Below, in pieces: positions 33,715-42,414 of a stretch of 43,654 nt of DNA (its first letter is position 1; each line of letters begins with the position of its first letter). Made by a program: the position numbers and the translations under genes. Below the pieces are notes generated by a model. It saw only the letters and a list, made by a program, of their open reading frames with translations, did not search any database and was not told the DNA's origin. Origin of the DNA: Phycisphaeraceae bacterium (GTDB lineage Bacteria; Planctomycetota; Phycisphaerae; Phycisphaerales; Zrk34); contig JBBDRF010000033.1 of the NCBI GenBank assembly GCA_040905565.1, positions 1 through 43,654 on the forward strand, read 5' to 3'.

Positions 33715-34962
33715 CTACAGGTTCGTCGGCAGCGTGCAAAGTCCGACCGGGACAGCCCAGCCGGGCATCGGCTCGCGAAGATCCATCCCCGTCGCCGCCG
33801 CGGTCCGCGGTTTCACGATGCGCGCCATCGGATCCGCCACTTGAGCGGGCACCCGAAGCGCCCGCGCGATCCGCTGACACATCTTCACATGCCGCGATTC
33901 TCCGCCTAGGAACACGACCTTTTCGATCGGTCGATCGGGGAACATCGAAGCGTGATAGCCCGCACACAATTGCAGTTCATCGATGAGCGCTTCGAGCATC
34001 TCACCTTCACCCTCGGCTGCCTGCGCGGGCCGTGGTGTTGCGGCGGGGGCGACCGCCGTTTGCGTGGCCGCGCTGCTGCCGTTGTCGCTCGCTTCCATCG
34101 CTGCGTTCAGTGCCGCCATGCCCGGAACGCCTGCGCCCTGCCGCCGATCAGGCGTGGGCTCCGCAACGGGTTCGGGAGTCGCCTCGGGCTCGCCCGTCGA
34201 AGCCTGCGCCCCCTCCTCACCTGCCTCTTGAATGCGCCGATGCCGGGCCTCGGTCGGCTCCACGTTCCATGCGTGCGCCATCTGCCTGGTGAAGTGGTCG
34301 CCGGCGACGTGAATCGTCTTGGCGAACACCAGCTTCGTGCCATGCGCGATGAGCGCCTTGGTCGTGGCCCCGCCGACGTCGATGAAGAACGTTGTGCGTT
34401 TCTCATCGCCCTCGCGGCGGAACAGATGCGAGAAGGCCGCCAGAATCGCCATCGGCTCACAGTGCATGCCGACCACGTCCAGCCCGGCCTGCCGTATCGC
34501 CTTCACCGACCGCATCACCGACTCGCGGCTTGCAGCCAGGCAGATGACCTCCTGCTTCGCCGTGCCGTCGCTGAAGACCTGACCCACATCCACATGCCTA
34601 ACGACCATGCTCAGCGGATCCATCGGCAGCCGACCGCGAAGCTCCATCTCCAGCTGCTGCTGAACGATCTCGCCATCGCCGACCGGCAACCGCACATGCT
34701 GCACATAGGTCTGGGCCGCACTGATCGATGCCACGACACGCTTGGTTTTCACCTTCACATCGCGCACCATCTCCCGCAGGGCCGAGGCGGCGAATTGGTA
34801 GTAGCTGTCGGATTGCTTCCGGGCCGCTTCGGGAATATCGCGTTGGGCCGCAGCGACCAACTGCGGCGGGTCCTCCGTGACCAGCTGCAGTAGTTTGATC
34901 GAGTCGGCGCCGAAGTCGATGCCGATCGGCGATACATTGTTCTGTGACCACCGCAGTCCCAT
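33715..34962 (-). CDS. pilM: Type IV pilus actin-like protein PilM
   Basis: PIGIDFGADSIKLLQL, FIDVGGATT, AGDHFT, VFLGGES, WAVPVGL. GGAGG RBS. Confidence 0.88.
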   Translation of the reverse strand: MGLRWSQNNVSPIGIDFGADSIKLLQLVTEDPPQLVAAAQRDIPEAARKQSDSYYQFAASALREMVRDVKVKTKRVVASISAAQTYVQHVRLPVGDGEIVQQQLEMELRGRLPMDPLSMVVRHVDVGQVFSDGTAKQEVICLAASRESVMRSVKAIRQAGLDVVGMHCEPMAILAAFSHLFRREGDEKRTTFFIDVGGATTKALIAHGTKLVFAKTIHVAGDHFTRQMAHAWNVEPTEARHRRIQEAGEEGAQASTGEPEATPEPVAEPTPDRRQGAGVPGMAALNAAMEASDNGSSAATQTAVAPAATPRPAQAAEGEGEMLEALIDELQLCAGYHASMFPDRPIEKVVFLGGESRHVKMCQRIARALRVPAQVADPMARIVKPRTAAATGMDLREPMPGWAVPVGLCTLPTNL

Positions 34963-35136
34963 ACCGCGTCGCCTCCGTTTAGTCGCTGCTGCTCTGGGCT
35001 CCCCACCTCCGAGCGGGTCGCCGTGCGGCCTTCGTGTCGACGCCCTTCGCAGAAGCTACGATTCAACTGGAGACCGAGCAAAAGTTTCTTGCCCAATATG
35101 CCCAGTCGGCGCGATCGACAATCTCAGCCACGTTTA

Positions 35137-35164
35137 ACATCGACAGCCACAGCCCTCTGGTTTA
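35137..35164 (-). promoter_or_regulatory. Putative sigma28 (FliA/SigD)-type promoter upstream of pilM
   Basis: Minus strand TAAA-N16-GTCGATGT. Confidence 0.4.
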
Positions 35165-35187
35165 GACCAATCCACAAGGAGAACCCC

Positions 35188-35547
35188 ATGCGCGTCATGA
35201 TCATCGGAGCTTCGCGGAACCCCGAGAAGTTCGGCAACAAGGCCGTCCGAAGTTATAAGAAGCAGGGCCACGACGTGCTTCCGGTGAACCTCGAAGCTCG
35301 CCAGATCGAGGGCATCCTCTGCTACCACGATGTCAGCGAACCGCCCGGCCCGATCGACCGTGCCCTGCTGTATCTGCCACCCGACCTGGGCATCCACGTG
35401 CTCGAACCGCTGGCGCACCGCGGCGACGTCGCTGATCTTTACGTCAACCCCGGTGCCGAGTCCGAAGCACTGCTCGTCCGCGCGCATCAACTCGGGCTGC
35501 ATGTCGTCCAGGCATGTGCGATCATGGCCATCGGTGAGAGCCCCTGA
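35188..35547 (+). CDS. CoA-binding protein (YccU-like)
   Basis: MRVMIIGASRNPEKFGNKAV..PVN..IEG..NPGAES..ACAI. AAGGAG RBS before ATG 35188. Confidence 0.88.
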   Translation: MRVMIIGASRNPEKFGNKAVRSYKKQGHDVLPVNLEARQIEGILCYHDVSEPPGPIDRALLYLPPDLGIHVLEPLAHRGDVADLYVNPGAESEALLVRAHQLGLHVVQACAIMAIGESP

Positions 35548-35697
35548 CGCCGCCTGCCGATCGGGCTATAGTAAGGGCCTCTGTTGTACGCGCGAACGCC
35601 AGAGCGACTTCACGCGTACGGACTCATGCACCGGCAAACGCCGACCCCCGGCGACCGCCTTCCCCCCTCTCCCCATCGATTCGAAAGGTTCTGGAAC

Positions 35698-36414
35698 ATG
35701 CATAAGTGGTACGGCTGGACTGCAGCGGCACTGATCATCACCGTCGGCCTCATCCTCGCGTCCGTCACGCAGGCGAATGAACAGGCTGAGAAACCCAAGC
35801 TTGAAACCGTTCAGCAGCGCGCCAGCTACGCCATCGGCGTCAGCATCGGACGCGACATGATGCAGCAGGGGCTCGGCCTCGACGGCAAGCTCATCTCCCG
35901 CGGCCTCCTCGACGCACTCGAAGAACGCGACATCATGCTCACCGACGAAGAGCTCGAGCAGGCGCTCATGGCCATGCAGGAACAGGCCATGGAAGCCCAG
36001 ATGCGCAAAGCAGCCGAAGAAGGAGCCGGCAATCGCCGCGAAGGCGAAGCGTTCCTCGAAGCGAACAAAGCGAAAGACGGCATCAAGGTCACCGAAAGCG
36101 GCCTGCAGTACGAAGTCCTCGAGGCAGGCGACGGCCCCACCGCCGGCCCCGACGATCAGGTCGTCGCGCACTACCGCGGCACCTTCCTCAACGGCGAAAC
36201 CTTCGACAGCTCCTACGACCGCGGACAGCCCATCACCCTCCCCGTCCAGGGCGTGATCGAAGGCTGGAGCGAAGCCCTTCAAATGATGCCCGTCGGCTCC
36301 AAGTGGCGCCTGTTCATCCCCTCAAACCTCGCCTACGGCGAGCAGGGCACCGGCCCCATCGGCCCGAACCAGACGCTCATCTTCGAAGTCGAACTCCAGT
36401 CCATCGTCGAGTAA
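35698..36414 (+). CDS. FKBP-type peptidyl-prolyl cis-trans isomerase (FkpA/Mip-like, exported)
   Basis: Signal peptide, ASYAIGVSIG dimerisation domain, TESGLQYEVL, HYRGTF..FDSSY.RG, VIEGWSEALQMMPVGSKW.LFIPSNLAYG, LIFEVEL. Confidence 0.95.
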   Translation: MHKWYGWTAAALIITVGLILASVTQANEQAEKPKLETVQQRASYAIGVSIGRDMMQQGLGLDGKLISRGLLDALEERDIMLTDEELEQALMAMQEQAMEAQMRKAAEEGAGNRREGEAFLEANKAKDGIKVTESGLQYEVLEAGDGPTAGPDDQVVAHYRGTFLNGETFDSSYDRGQPITLPVQGVIEGWSEALQMMPVGSKWRLFIPSNLAYGEQGTGPIGPNQTLIFEVELQSIVE

Positions 36415-36447
36415 CCCCCCCACCCCCCCACCAAAATCAATCCACCC

Positions 36448-36484
36448 AAAGGGCCGGGCCTGGAAACAGCCCGGCCTTTCTTTT
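36448..36484. terminator. Probable bidirectional intrinsic terminator between the FKBP gene and fapA
   Basis: aaagggccgggc(c)tg-gaaa-cagcccggccttt followed by ctttt. Confidence 0.75.
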
Positions 36485-36487
36485 GGC

Positions 36488-37957
36488 TCACGAATTACCC
36501 TTCACCAATTGCCGAACCGTCGCCACGCCTTCGATCGCCATGCTTCCGCCGTCGCGTTCGTCCTTGAAGATAAGCTTCCCCGCCTCGTCCAGCATCACCC
36601 AAAGCGGGCCCTTGAGCGGTTGCCGAAGCTCCGCCCGACAGCCCGCCGTCACGATCTGCGTCCGCCGATGAATCACCCGCCCCACGCGAAGCTTCACCTC
36701 CCGCTTCGCCGCATACTTCGCAAGCAGCCGTTTCCGCTTCCGCTCCAGATGTTCGTGACGACGCGCGATCAATACCGCCAGATCATCAAGCTGACGCAGC
36801 TCGTCGCCGAAGCGCGACGCGTGCCTTGGCCCCATCGCCTCGATCTCCCCACGCCGTTGCTCCCCCTGCCCACGCTGCCGCTCCAGCTTACGAATCGCCC
36901 GGTCCGCCTCCGCGATGCACGCCTCGATGCGCCGGTCGATGCCCAGCTCAATCACCGTCGGCTCGTCACTGTCCGAACCGATCTGCCCGATCGCCGACTC
37001 GCCCGTGACACTCACCCGCCCGCTGATCAACGCCCCCCGTTCCATGCGTAGCCCGCCGCCCACGTTAAGCATGCACTGCATGATCTCCCGCTCGATGACC
37101 GCGTCTCCCCGCACATCCGCTTCCACCTGATTCAAGTACCGAGCCTTCATATCCCCGCCGATTTCCAACCGCCCCCGCTGCTTGCCCGCCACGCCGCCCG
37201 CCGCTTCGAAGTCGCCGCCCGTCCGAATCGTCGCCGCCTCGATCAGCCCGCGCACGGAAAGATCACGCTGCGTCGCGATCACGAACCGATCACGCACCGC
37301 CCCCGCCACCTGCACCGGGCACAGCACGTCGATGCTGCCCGTATCGAAATCAACATTCCCCTTGATCGTGAGCTGCTCCTCAACCGCCACCCGCCCCGCC
37401 TCGAAGCTGAGCACCCCGTCGATGCGCGCGTAGCAGGCCCCGTCATCCTCCCGCCGAATGCTCGCGTCATCCACCTCGATTTCCGCAGGCTCGCCCGGCA
37501 CCGCCGCGATCTCCCGCCCCCGCAGATCGCGCCCCACCTCCCCAGCCGTCGGCTCCACCACGTGCGCGATCAGCTCATTTTTCTGCACGTTAATGAACTT
37601 ACTATGCGCGTAGTAATCCACTGCCCCCGCAGCGTCCTTACTCTGCTGATTCTCGCTCGGCCTCGGCCTCTCACGCGGCGACATCCCCGCCCCCCACGCC
37701 ATGCAACCATCCTCCCCGTCCACAGCCGGCTCGCCCGAAACCACCACCACCTCAGGCCGCCCGCCCTTCAACGCAGCCGCAATCTGCTCGCGGATCACGT
37801 CGTCCATCACCACGCCGCCCCGCGCCAATGCATCCGCCACCTGCTCAAGGTCGACCGCCTCACCCCCCTCAGCGCGGCCCAAATACAACTCAGCCGTAAG
37901 CCCGTCGCCCGCCATCTGCACAGGCCAGTCTATCGTTCTCTTTGGTGCCGTGGGCAT
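36488..37957 (-). CDS. fapA: FapA/DUF342 family flagellar assembly protein
   Basis: GEPAVDGEDG, VDY....INVQKNELIA..PTAGEVGRDLRG, LTIKGNVDFDTGSID, beta-helix-like repeats, C-terminal coiled coil. Start uncertain (37957 to 37987). Confidence 0.8.
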   Translation of the reverse strand: MPTAPKRTIDWPVQMAGDGLTAELYLGRAEGGEAVDLEQVADALARGGVVMDDVIREQIAAALKGGRPEVVVVSGEPAVDGEDGCMAWGAGMSPRERPRPSENQQSKDAAGAVDYYAHSKFINVQKNELIAHVVEPTAGEVGRDLRGREIAAVPGEPAEIEVDDASIRREDDGACYARIDGVLSFEAGRVAVEEQLTIKGNVDFDTGSIDVLCPVQVAGAVRDRFVIATQRDLSVRGLIEAATIRTGGDFEAAGGVAGKQRGRLEIGGDMKARYLNQVEADVRGDAVIEREIMQCMLNVGGGLRMERGALISGRVSVTGESAIGQIGSDSDEPTVIELGIDRRIEACIAEADRAIRKLERQRGQGEQRRGEIEAMGPRHASRFGDELRQLDDLAVLIARRHEHLERKRKRLLAKYAAKREVKLRVGRVIHRRTQIVTAGCRAELRQPLKGPLWVMLDEAGKLIFKDERDGGSMAIEGVATVRQLVKGNS

Positions 37958-38061
37958 GGAAACCGCCCTTGAGCCGAAGTGCATCAAGCCGCTCTACAAA
38001 CTACATCGGCCAAACCACCCCAACACAATAACCGCACACTGCTTACTTCACCCTCTACAAA

Positions 38062-38685
38062 TCAATCCCCGCCCGGCCTGCGGTACCGATGAATCACCTG
38101 CACCACCCGCCGATGCACCTCCAGCGGATCGTTCACCATCACCCAGTATGCCTCGGCAAACCCCGTCCCCGCCGTCGTAAAACTAATCGTGCCCAGCCCG
38201 AACAACCGCTCCCGGATACTCAAAAGCAACTGCGTATGCTGAATCCGGTGCAGCGGCGCTTCGAAAATAAACGGCCGAAAAAAGCCTCGCTGCCGCAACA
38301 CACGCCGATCCGTCAGCACGAATATCCGACTGATCCAATCCAACGTCTGCATCACCAGCACCCCCGTGATCCCCGCCATCGCCAGCGTCACCACCTCATG
38401 GGGCCGATACCATCCCAGCAAGTATCGCCTCTCCAGCCATACCAGCACCCCCGCAATCGCTGCGATCGTCACCAGCCATCCCAGCCGACTCAACACAATA
38501 AACCACAAGCTAGGTTTAAGGATCAGCACCACCACCTCCCCGCCCTGCAGCAGCTTCTGAGGCAGCAGCGCCTCCGCCTCACCCACCGGCAAACCGATCA
38601 CCGGCTCCGGGGCCTCCTGCTGCGCGCAACCCCCGCCCCCCCGCTCCCCCTCCGACTTCACATGCTCTCTCTCCCACGCACTCAC
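38062..38685 (-). CDS. Membrane protein with bacterial PH (bPH_2) domain
   Basis: Two TM segments, then FVLTDRRVLRQRG..EAPLHRIQH...RERLFGLGTISFTTAG. GTG start overlaps the hpt stop (GTGA). Confidence 0.8.
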   Translation of the reverse strand: MSAWEREHVKSEGERGGGGCAQQEAPEPVIGLPVGEAEALLPQKLLQGGEVVVLILKPSLWFIVLSRLGWLVTIAAIAGVLVWLERRYLLGWYRPHEVVTLAMAGITGVLVMQTLDWISRIFVLTDRRVLRQRGFFRPFIFEAPLHRIQHTQLLLSIRERLFGLGTISFTTAGTGFAEAYWVMVNDPLEVHRRVVQVIHRYRRPGGD

Positions 38686-39302
38686 GTCGCCTCGCCTTCG
38701 CCCAGGATGTCAGCCTTCAACGTCACCACGTCCGCCAGGTTCCGGTAATACCCATCGTAGTCCAGCCCATACCCCACGACGAAAGCGTCGGGAATCTCAA
38801 ATCCCACATAGTCCGCATGCTCCGCCATGGCCGACGGAATCTGCTTCCGCAACAGCATACAGCTGCGCACCGATGCCGCCCCACGCTTCAAAAGTTCTGC
38901 CCGCACCAGCCGAATCGTGTTCCCAGAATCAAGAATATCATCAACCACCAGCACATGCTGACCGCTCAAATCCTCAGGCAGCCGCCCCTCGATCTTCGCC
39001 CCCTCGCTGCTCGTCGCCTGCCCCGGGTACGAACTCACCGTCACCATCCGCAGCCGCATCATCAACGGCAGCTGCCGCACCAGATCCGCCACGAAAATCA
39101 GACTGCCCGTCAGAATCGGCACCAGCGTGATCTCAGGCACATCGCCGGGAAGCTCACGCCGAAAGTCCGCTGCGATCTCACGCGCCAGCTCCCCCACACG
39201 CCGCGCAATCGCCTCGCGGTCAATCAACACCCGCTCCACATGTTGCTGCATCGGATCACGACCCGGCGGCGGCGAAGATGACGCTGACGGCGGAACACTC
39301 AT
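38682..39302 (-). CDS. hpt: Hypoxanthine phosphoribosyltransferase
   Basis: ILTGSLIFVADL, VSSY, VLVVDDILDSGNT (PRPP loop), DYVGFEIPDAFVVGYGLDY..YRNL. Start uncertain (39323, 39302, 39251). Confidence 0.95.
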   Translation of the reverse strand: MSVPPSASSSPPPGRDPMQQHVERVLIDREAIARRVGELAREIAADFRRELPGDVPEITLVPILTGSLIFVADLVRQLPLMMRLRMVTVSSYPGQATSSEGAKIEGRLPEDLSGQHVLVVDDILDSGNTIRLVRAELLKRGAASVRSCMLLRKQIPSAMAEHADYVGFEIPDAFVVGYGLDYDGYYRNLADVVTLKADILGEGEAT

Positions 39303-39332
39303 AACATGCCCCCACCAAAACATAAACCTAAG

Positions 39333-42119
39333 TTAACCAAGGCCCGACCCCGTCTGTGCCGCCAGTTGCTGCAACTGCCCCACCGAATTCTGCTGCGACT
39401 GCAACTGCGACAATGCCTGCTCCATCGCATTGAACTGCTGCTGCAGACGACTACGCTTGCTATCCAGCAGACGATTTAACTGCGTAATGCGATCATTCGC
39501 AAGCTTCACGTCCGCGTCAATGTTCTGCGTCCGCCGCGTAATCGTCCCGTCGAACGAACTGGTCAGCGTCCCCCCCAGCTCCGCCATCTTCCGCGCAAAA
39601 CCGATCGCCTCCAGACGCCTCGGCTGCTCCGGAATCGTCACGCCAGGCGGCAAATTGTCCGGCTGCGGCGGCGTCACCGCCTCGCTCGCCGTGAACAGCT
39701 TCATCACCCCCTCATGGTCCACCGACATCGCATCGCGCAGCCGATCCGCATCAAAGTCCAGCTTCCCACCCTCACCCACACGAATCCCAACCTGACTCAT
39801 GTGATCGAACTGACCCTCCACCCCGCTCACCCGCGCGTTTACCATATTCAATAGCCGCTGCCGTACCCGCGCCAGCGTCGGATCACCTAATAACAATCCA
39901 CGAACGTTCTCTTCCTGATCATAACTATCATATTGACCAAACAGGTCGACACTAGAATTGAACGATTCGACTAGTTTCTCAACCCCTTCAATCACACCTT
40001 CATCGTCACGCCCTACCGTCACGTTCACCGGCTCATTACTCGCCGCAAGCAAATCAATCTTCACACCCGGTATCACATTGTCCAGCGTGTTGCTTCGACT
40101 CGTCACCATCAATGCCTCAGCCGGATTGCCCGAACCATAGAAGGCCACCGCGTCCCGGCCCCGGCTCAGCGTCCCCGCGCCCAGCCCCAGCCCCCCATCA
40201 TCGAACACCATCTGCCCCGCCACGCCGCTGCGCCCACTCGCGAACGTGAGCCGACTCGAGTTGTCCGACGAACCATCATCAAGCACCCCCGCCGTCACGA
40301 ACGCGCCCGCCGCGTTGATCTTGCCGGCGACATCCGCAAGCGTGTCGCCCGCCTCCACGTCGATCGTCGTCGCGAAGGAGCCCTCGAGGAACGCTTCACC
40401 CTCAGCTGCTTCCCCGCGGATCCCCAACTCCCGTGCCGTCGTCGACCCCGCCTCCTCGACGCTCATGGCCAACGGTCCGCCCGCCGTGTCGGTCAGCAGC
40501 AGGCCATCACCTCGCTCATTGATCGACGCCACGACGGCCGTCGACCGCGCGTTGATTTCCTGGATCACATCCCGAAGATTTTTCTGCCCTTCATCGATGG
40601 TTACGGTCGCGCTGACGCCCGCGGAGTCGGTGATCGTGAACCGTCCCTCCGTGACGCCCTGCCCGCCGTTGAGGTCCGTAAGTTGCGTTCCTTCACCAAC
40701 ATACTGATACTCAAGCGACCCCGTATTCAGCGTCGCCTCCGCCTGCCCAGCCGGGTCCGTCGCGAGCTTCAGATCGGTCGCGACGGTGCCGTCGACATCG
40801 CTGATGATCAGGTCCCCGCCGCCGCCGCTCGTGTCAGTCAGCGTAAGTCCTGTACCCGTCGAGTCTACGGACGCCGTGATGCCCGCCCCGGCGTCGTTGA
40901 TCGTCTGGATGACCTCCGAGATCGACCGCGTCTGCGTGAGGTCGACGTTCGTCTGCGTGCCCGCTTTGTTGGTGATGTCGATCGACCCGAACGTGGTTAT
41001 CCCGCTGCCGCCGTTGATGTTAGAGAGCAGACGCGAGTTCAGCCCGGCCACCAGCCGTTCGCCCCCCAAGGTGTTCTGAGCCTGCCCGAGGATGCCCAGG
41101 TCGGCCGCGGCCTGGGAGTCGTTGCGCGCCGCAACCGTAATCTCTCCCGCACCCTCGAGTTGCAAGCTGACGCCGTCTGCTGCGATCGAAGCTGTGACCC
41201 CCGTATTGCCCGCATGATCGTTGATCGCATCGAGAACCTGGCCGAGGTTCGTAGCCCCGCTGAGCGAGACGTCGAAGGTCTGCCCATCAAGCCCGATCCG
41301 CATGTCCGCCTGCCCGCCGCCGAGGACGCCGATGCCGTTTCGATCGTTAAGCGTTGACAGTTGCGAGGTTTCCGTGACCCGGCTCAGCGAGCTCCCGCTG
41401 AGCACGTTGGTCCCGCCGCTGTTGCCCAGCAGCCCCAACCCAGCCGCCGTCGCGGTGCTCCCCGCTTCGGCGACGGTCAGATCCTGAAGCGACTGGCCGG
41501 TTGTATCGGTGAGCCGAATGCCGTCGCCGTCGACAGAAGCCGTTACGCCGACACCGCTTGCGTCGTTGATGGCGTTGAGGACGTCGTCCACCGTCACCGC
41601 CCGCGACAGGTCGATCGTGGCCGAGGCCCCGGAGCGATCGGTAATCGAGATCTGGCCGCGTGGGACGCCGTCGCCGCCGTTGAGATTGCTGAGTTGCTGG
41701 TCGTTCGTGATGCGTGAAGCTTCGGGGGAGAACGACAGTGTCCCGGTGCCGACGGGGGTCTGGTCGCTGTCGGCGAACCCGCGTGTCATCATCTGGTGCG
41801 AGCTGACGAGGCGGTCGACGATGAAGCTGTAAGTGCCTTCAGGTGCTTGACGTCTGGCCTCAGCTGTGAGCGCGCTGGTGTTGGAACTGCTCGCGGTTTT
41901 GGTGTCGAAGACGCTGGGTTGGGCCAGCGCGTCCGCCGCCGTGCGGATGCCCATGACGCTGGTGTTGATCTCGAGAAACGCATCCTTTTGCGCCTCAAGA
42001 CGTTCCACCCGCGCCTGGACGAGTTGACGAGGCCGCTCTTCGATCTGCATCAAAGAGTTCACGATGTTTTCGATGTCCAGGCCGCTGACCAACCCGGTGC
42101 CGGACGTGATGGTACCCAT
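39333..42119 (-). CDS. fliD: Flagellar filament capping protein (HAP2), 928 aa, with internal repeats
   Basis: FliD_N (GLVSGLDIENIVNSLMQIE), hook-IN-like repeats, FliD_C (SNTLDNVIPGVKIDL, LLLGDPTL, QFNAMEQALSQLQSQQ). AGGAG RBS. Confidence 0.93.
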   Translation of the reverse strand: MGTITSGTGLVSGLDIENIVNSLMQIEERPRQLVQARVERLEAQKDAFLEINTSVMGIRTAADALAQPSVFDTKTASSSNTSALTAEARRQAPEGTYSFIVDRLVSSHQMMTRGFADSDQTPVGTGTLSFSPEASRITNDQQLSNLNGGDGVPRGQISITDRSGASATIDLSRAVTVDDVLNAINDASGVGVTASVDGDGIRLTDTTGQSLQDLTVAEAGSTATAAGLGLLGNSGGTNVLSGSSLSRVTETSQLSTLNDRNGIGVLGGGQADMRIGLDGQTFDVSLSGATNLGQVLDAINDHAGNTGVTASIAADGVSLQLEGAGEITVAARNDSQAAADLGILGQAQNTLGGERLVAGLNSRLLSNINGGSGITTFGSIDITNKAGTQTNVDLTQTRSISEVIQTINDAGAGITASVDSTGTGLTLTDTSGGGGDLIISDVDGTVATDLKLATDPAGQAEATLNTGSLEYQYVGEGTQLTDLNGGQGVTEGRFTITDSAGVSATVTIDEGQKNLRDVIQEINARSTAVVASINERGDGLLLTDTAGGPLAMSVEEAGSTTARELGIRGEAAEGEAFLEGSFATTIDVEAGDTLADVAGKINAAGAFVTAGVLDDGSSDNSSRLTFASGRSGVAGQMVFDDGGLGLGAGTLSRGRDAVAFYGSGNPAEALMVTSRSNTLDNVIPGVKIDLLAASNEPVNVTVGRDDEGVIEGVEKLVESFNSSVDLFGQYDSYDQEENVRGLLLGDPTLARVRQRLLNMVNARVSGVEGQFDHMSQVGIRVGEGGKLDFDADRLRDAMSVDHEGVMKLFTASEAVTPPQPDNLPPGVTIPEQPRRLEAIGFARKMAELGGTLTSSFDGTITRRTQNIDADVKLANDRITQLNRLLDSKRSRLQQQFNAMEQALSQLQSQQNSVGQLQQLAAQTGSGLG

Positions 42120-42234
42120 GCCAAGTCTCCTAGCTGCTGCACCTTACGTCGCCGCGACGGCCATGGTGCATGCGTCCGATATCCCTCGCGCCGCGTGCCG
42201 TGGCCGCGCGTCGCCGAGGATCGCGCTATCGAGA

Positions 42235-42263
42235 TTATCGACACTTACAGGGCACCAGCTTGA
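42235..42263 (-). promoter_or_regulatory. Putative sigma28 promoter of fliD
   Basis: Minus strand TCAAG-N16-GTCGATAA about 115 bp upstream of the fliD start. fliD is a classic sigma28 target. Spacing is slightly long. Confidence 0.5.
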
Positions 42264-42414
42264 GTCCCGCGCCAGGATCGACGATTCGTGGAAAGTTTGG
42301 AAATTCAGTTGGCTGAGGGCGATACGGGTGTTATTCTAAAATTGACGCGCTCGAGCCATTGCCCGGCCCCCCATCGGGTTCCCCCGGCTCGCGGTTCTTC
42401 TCCGGAGGTCTTCT

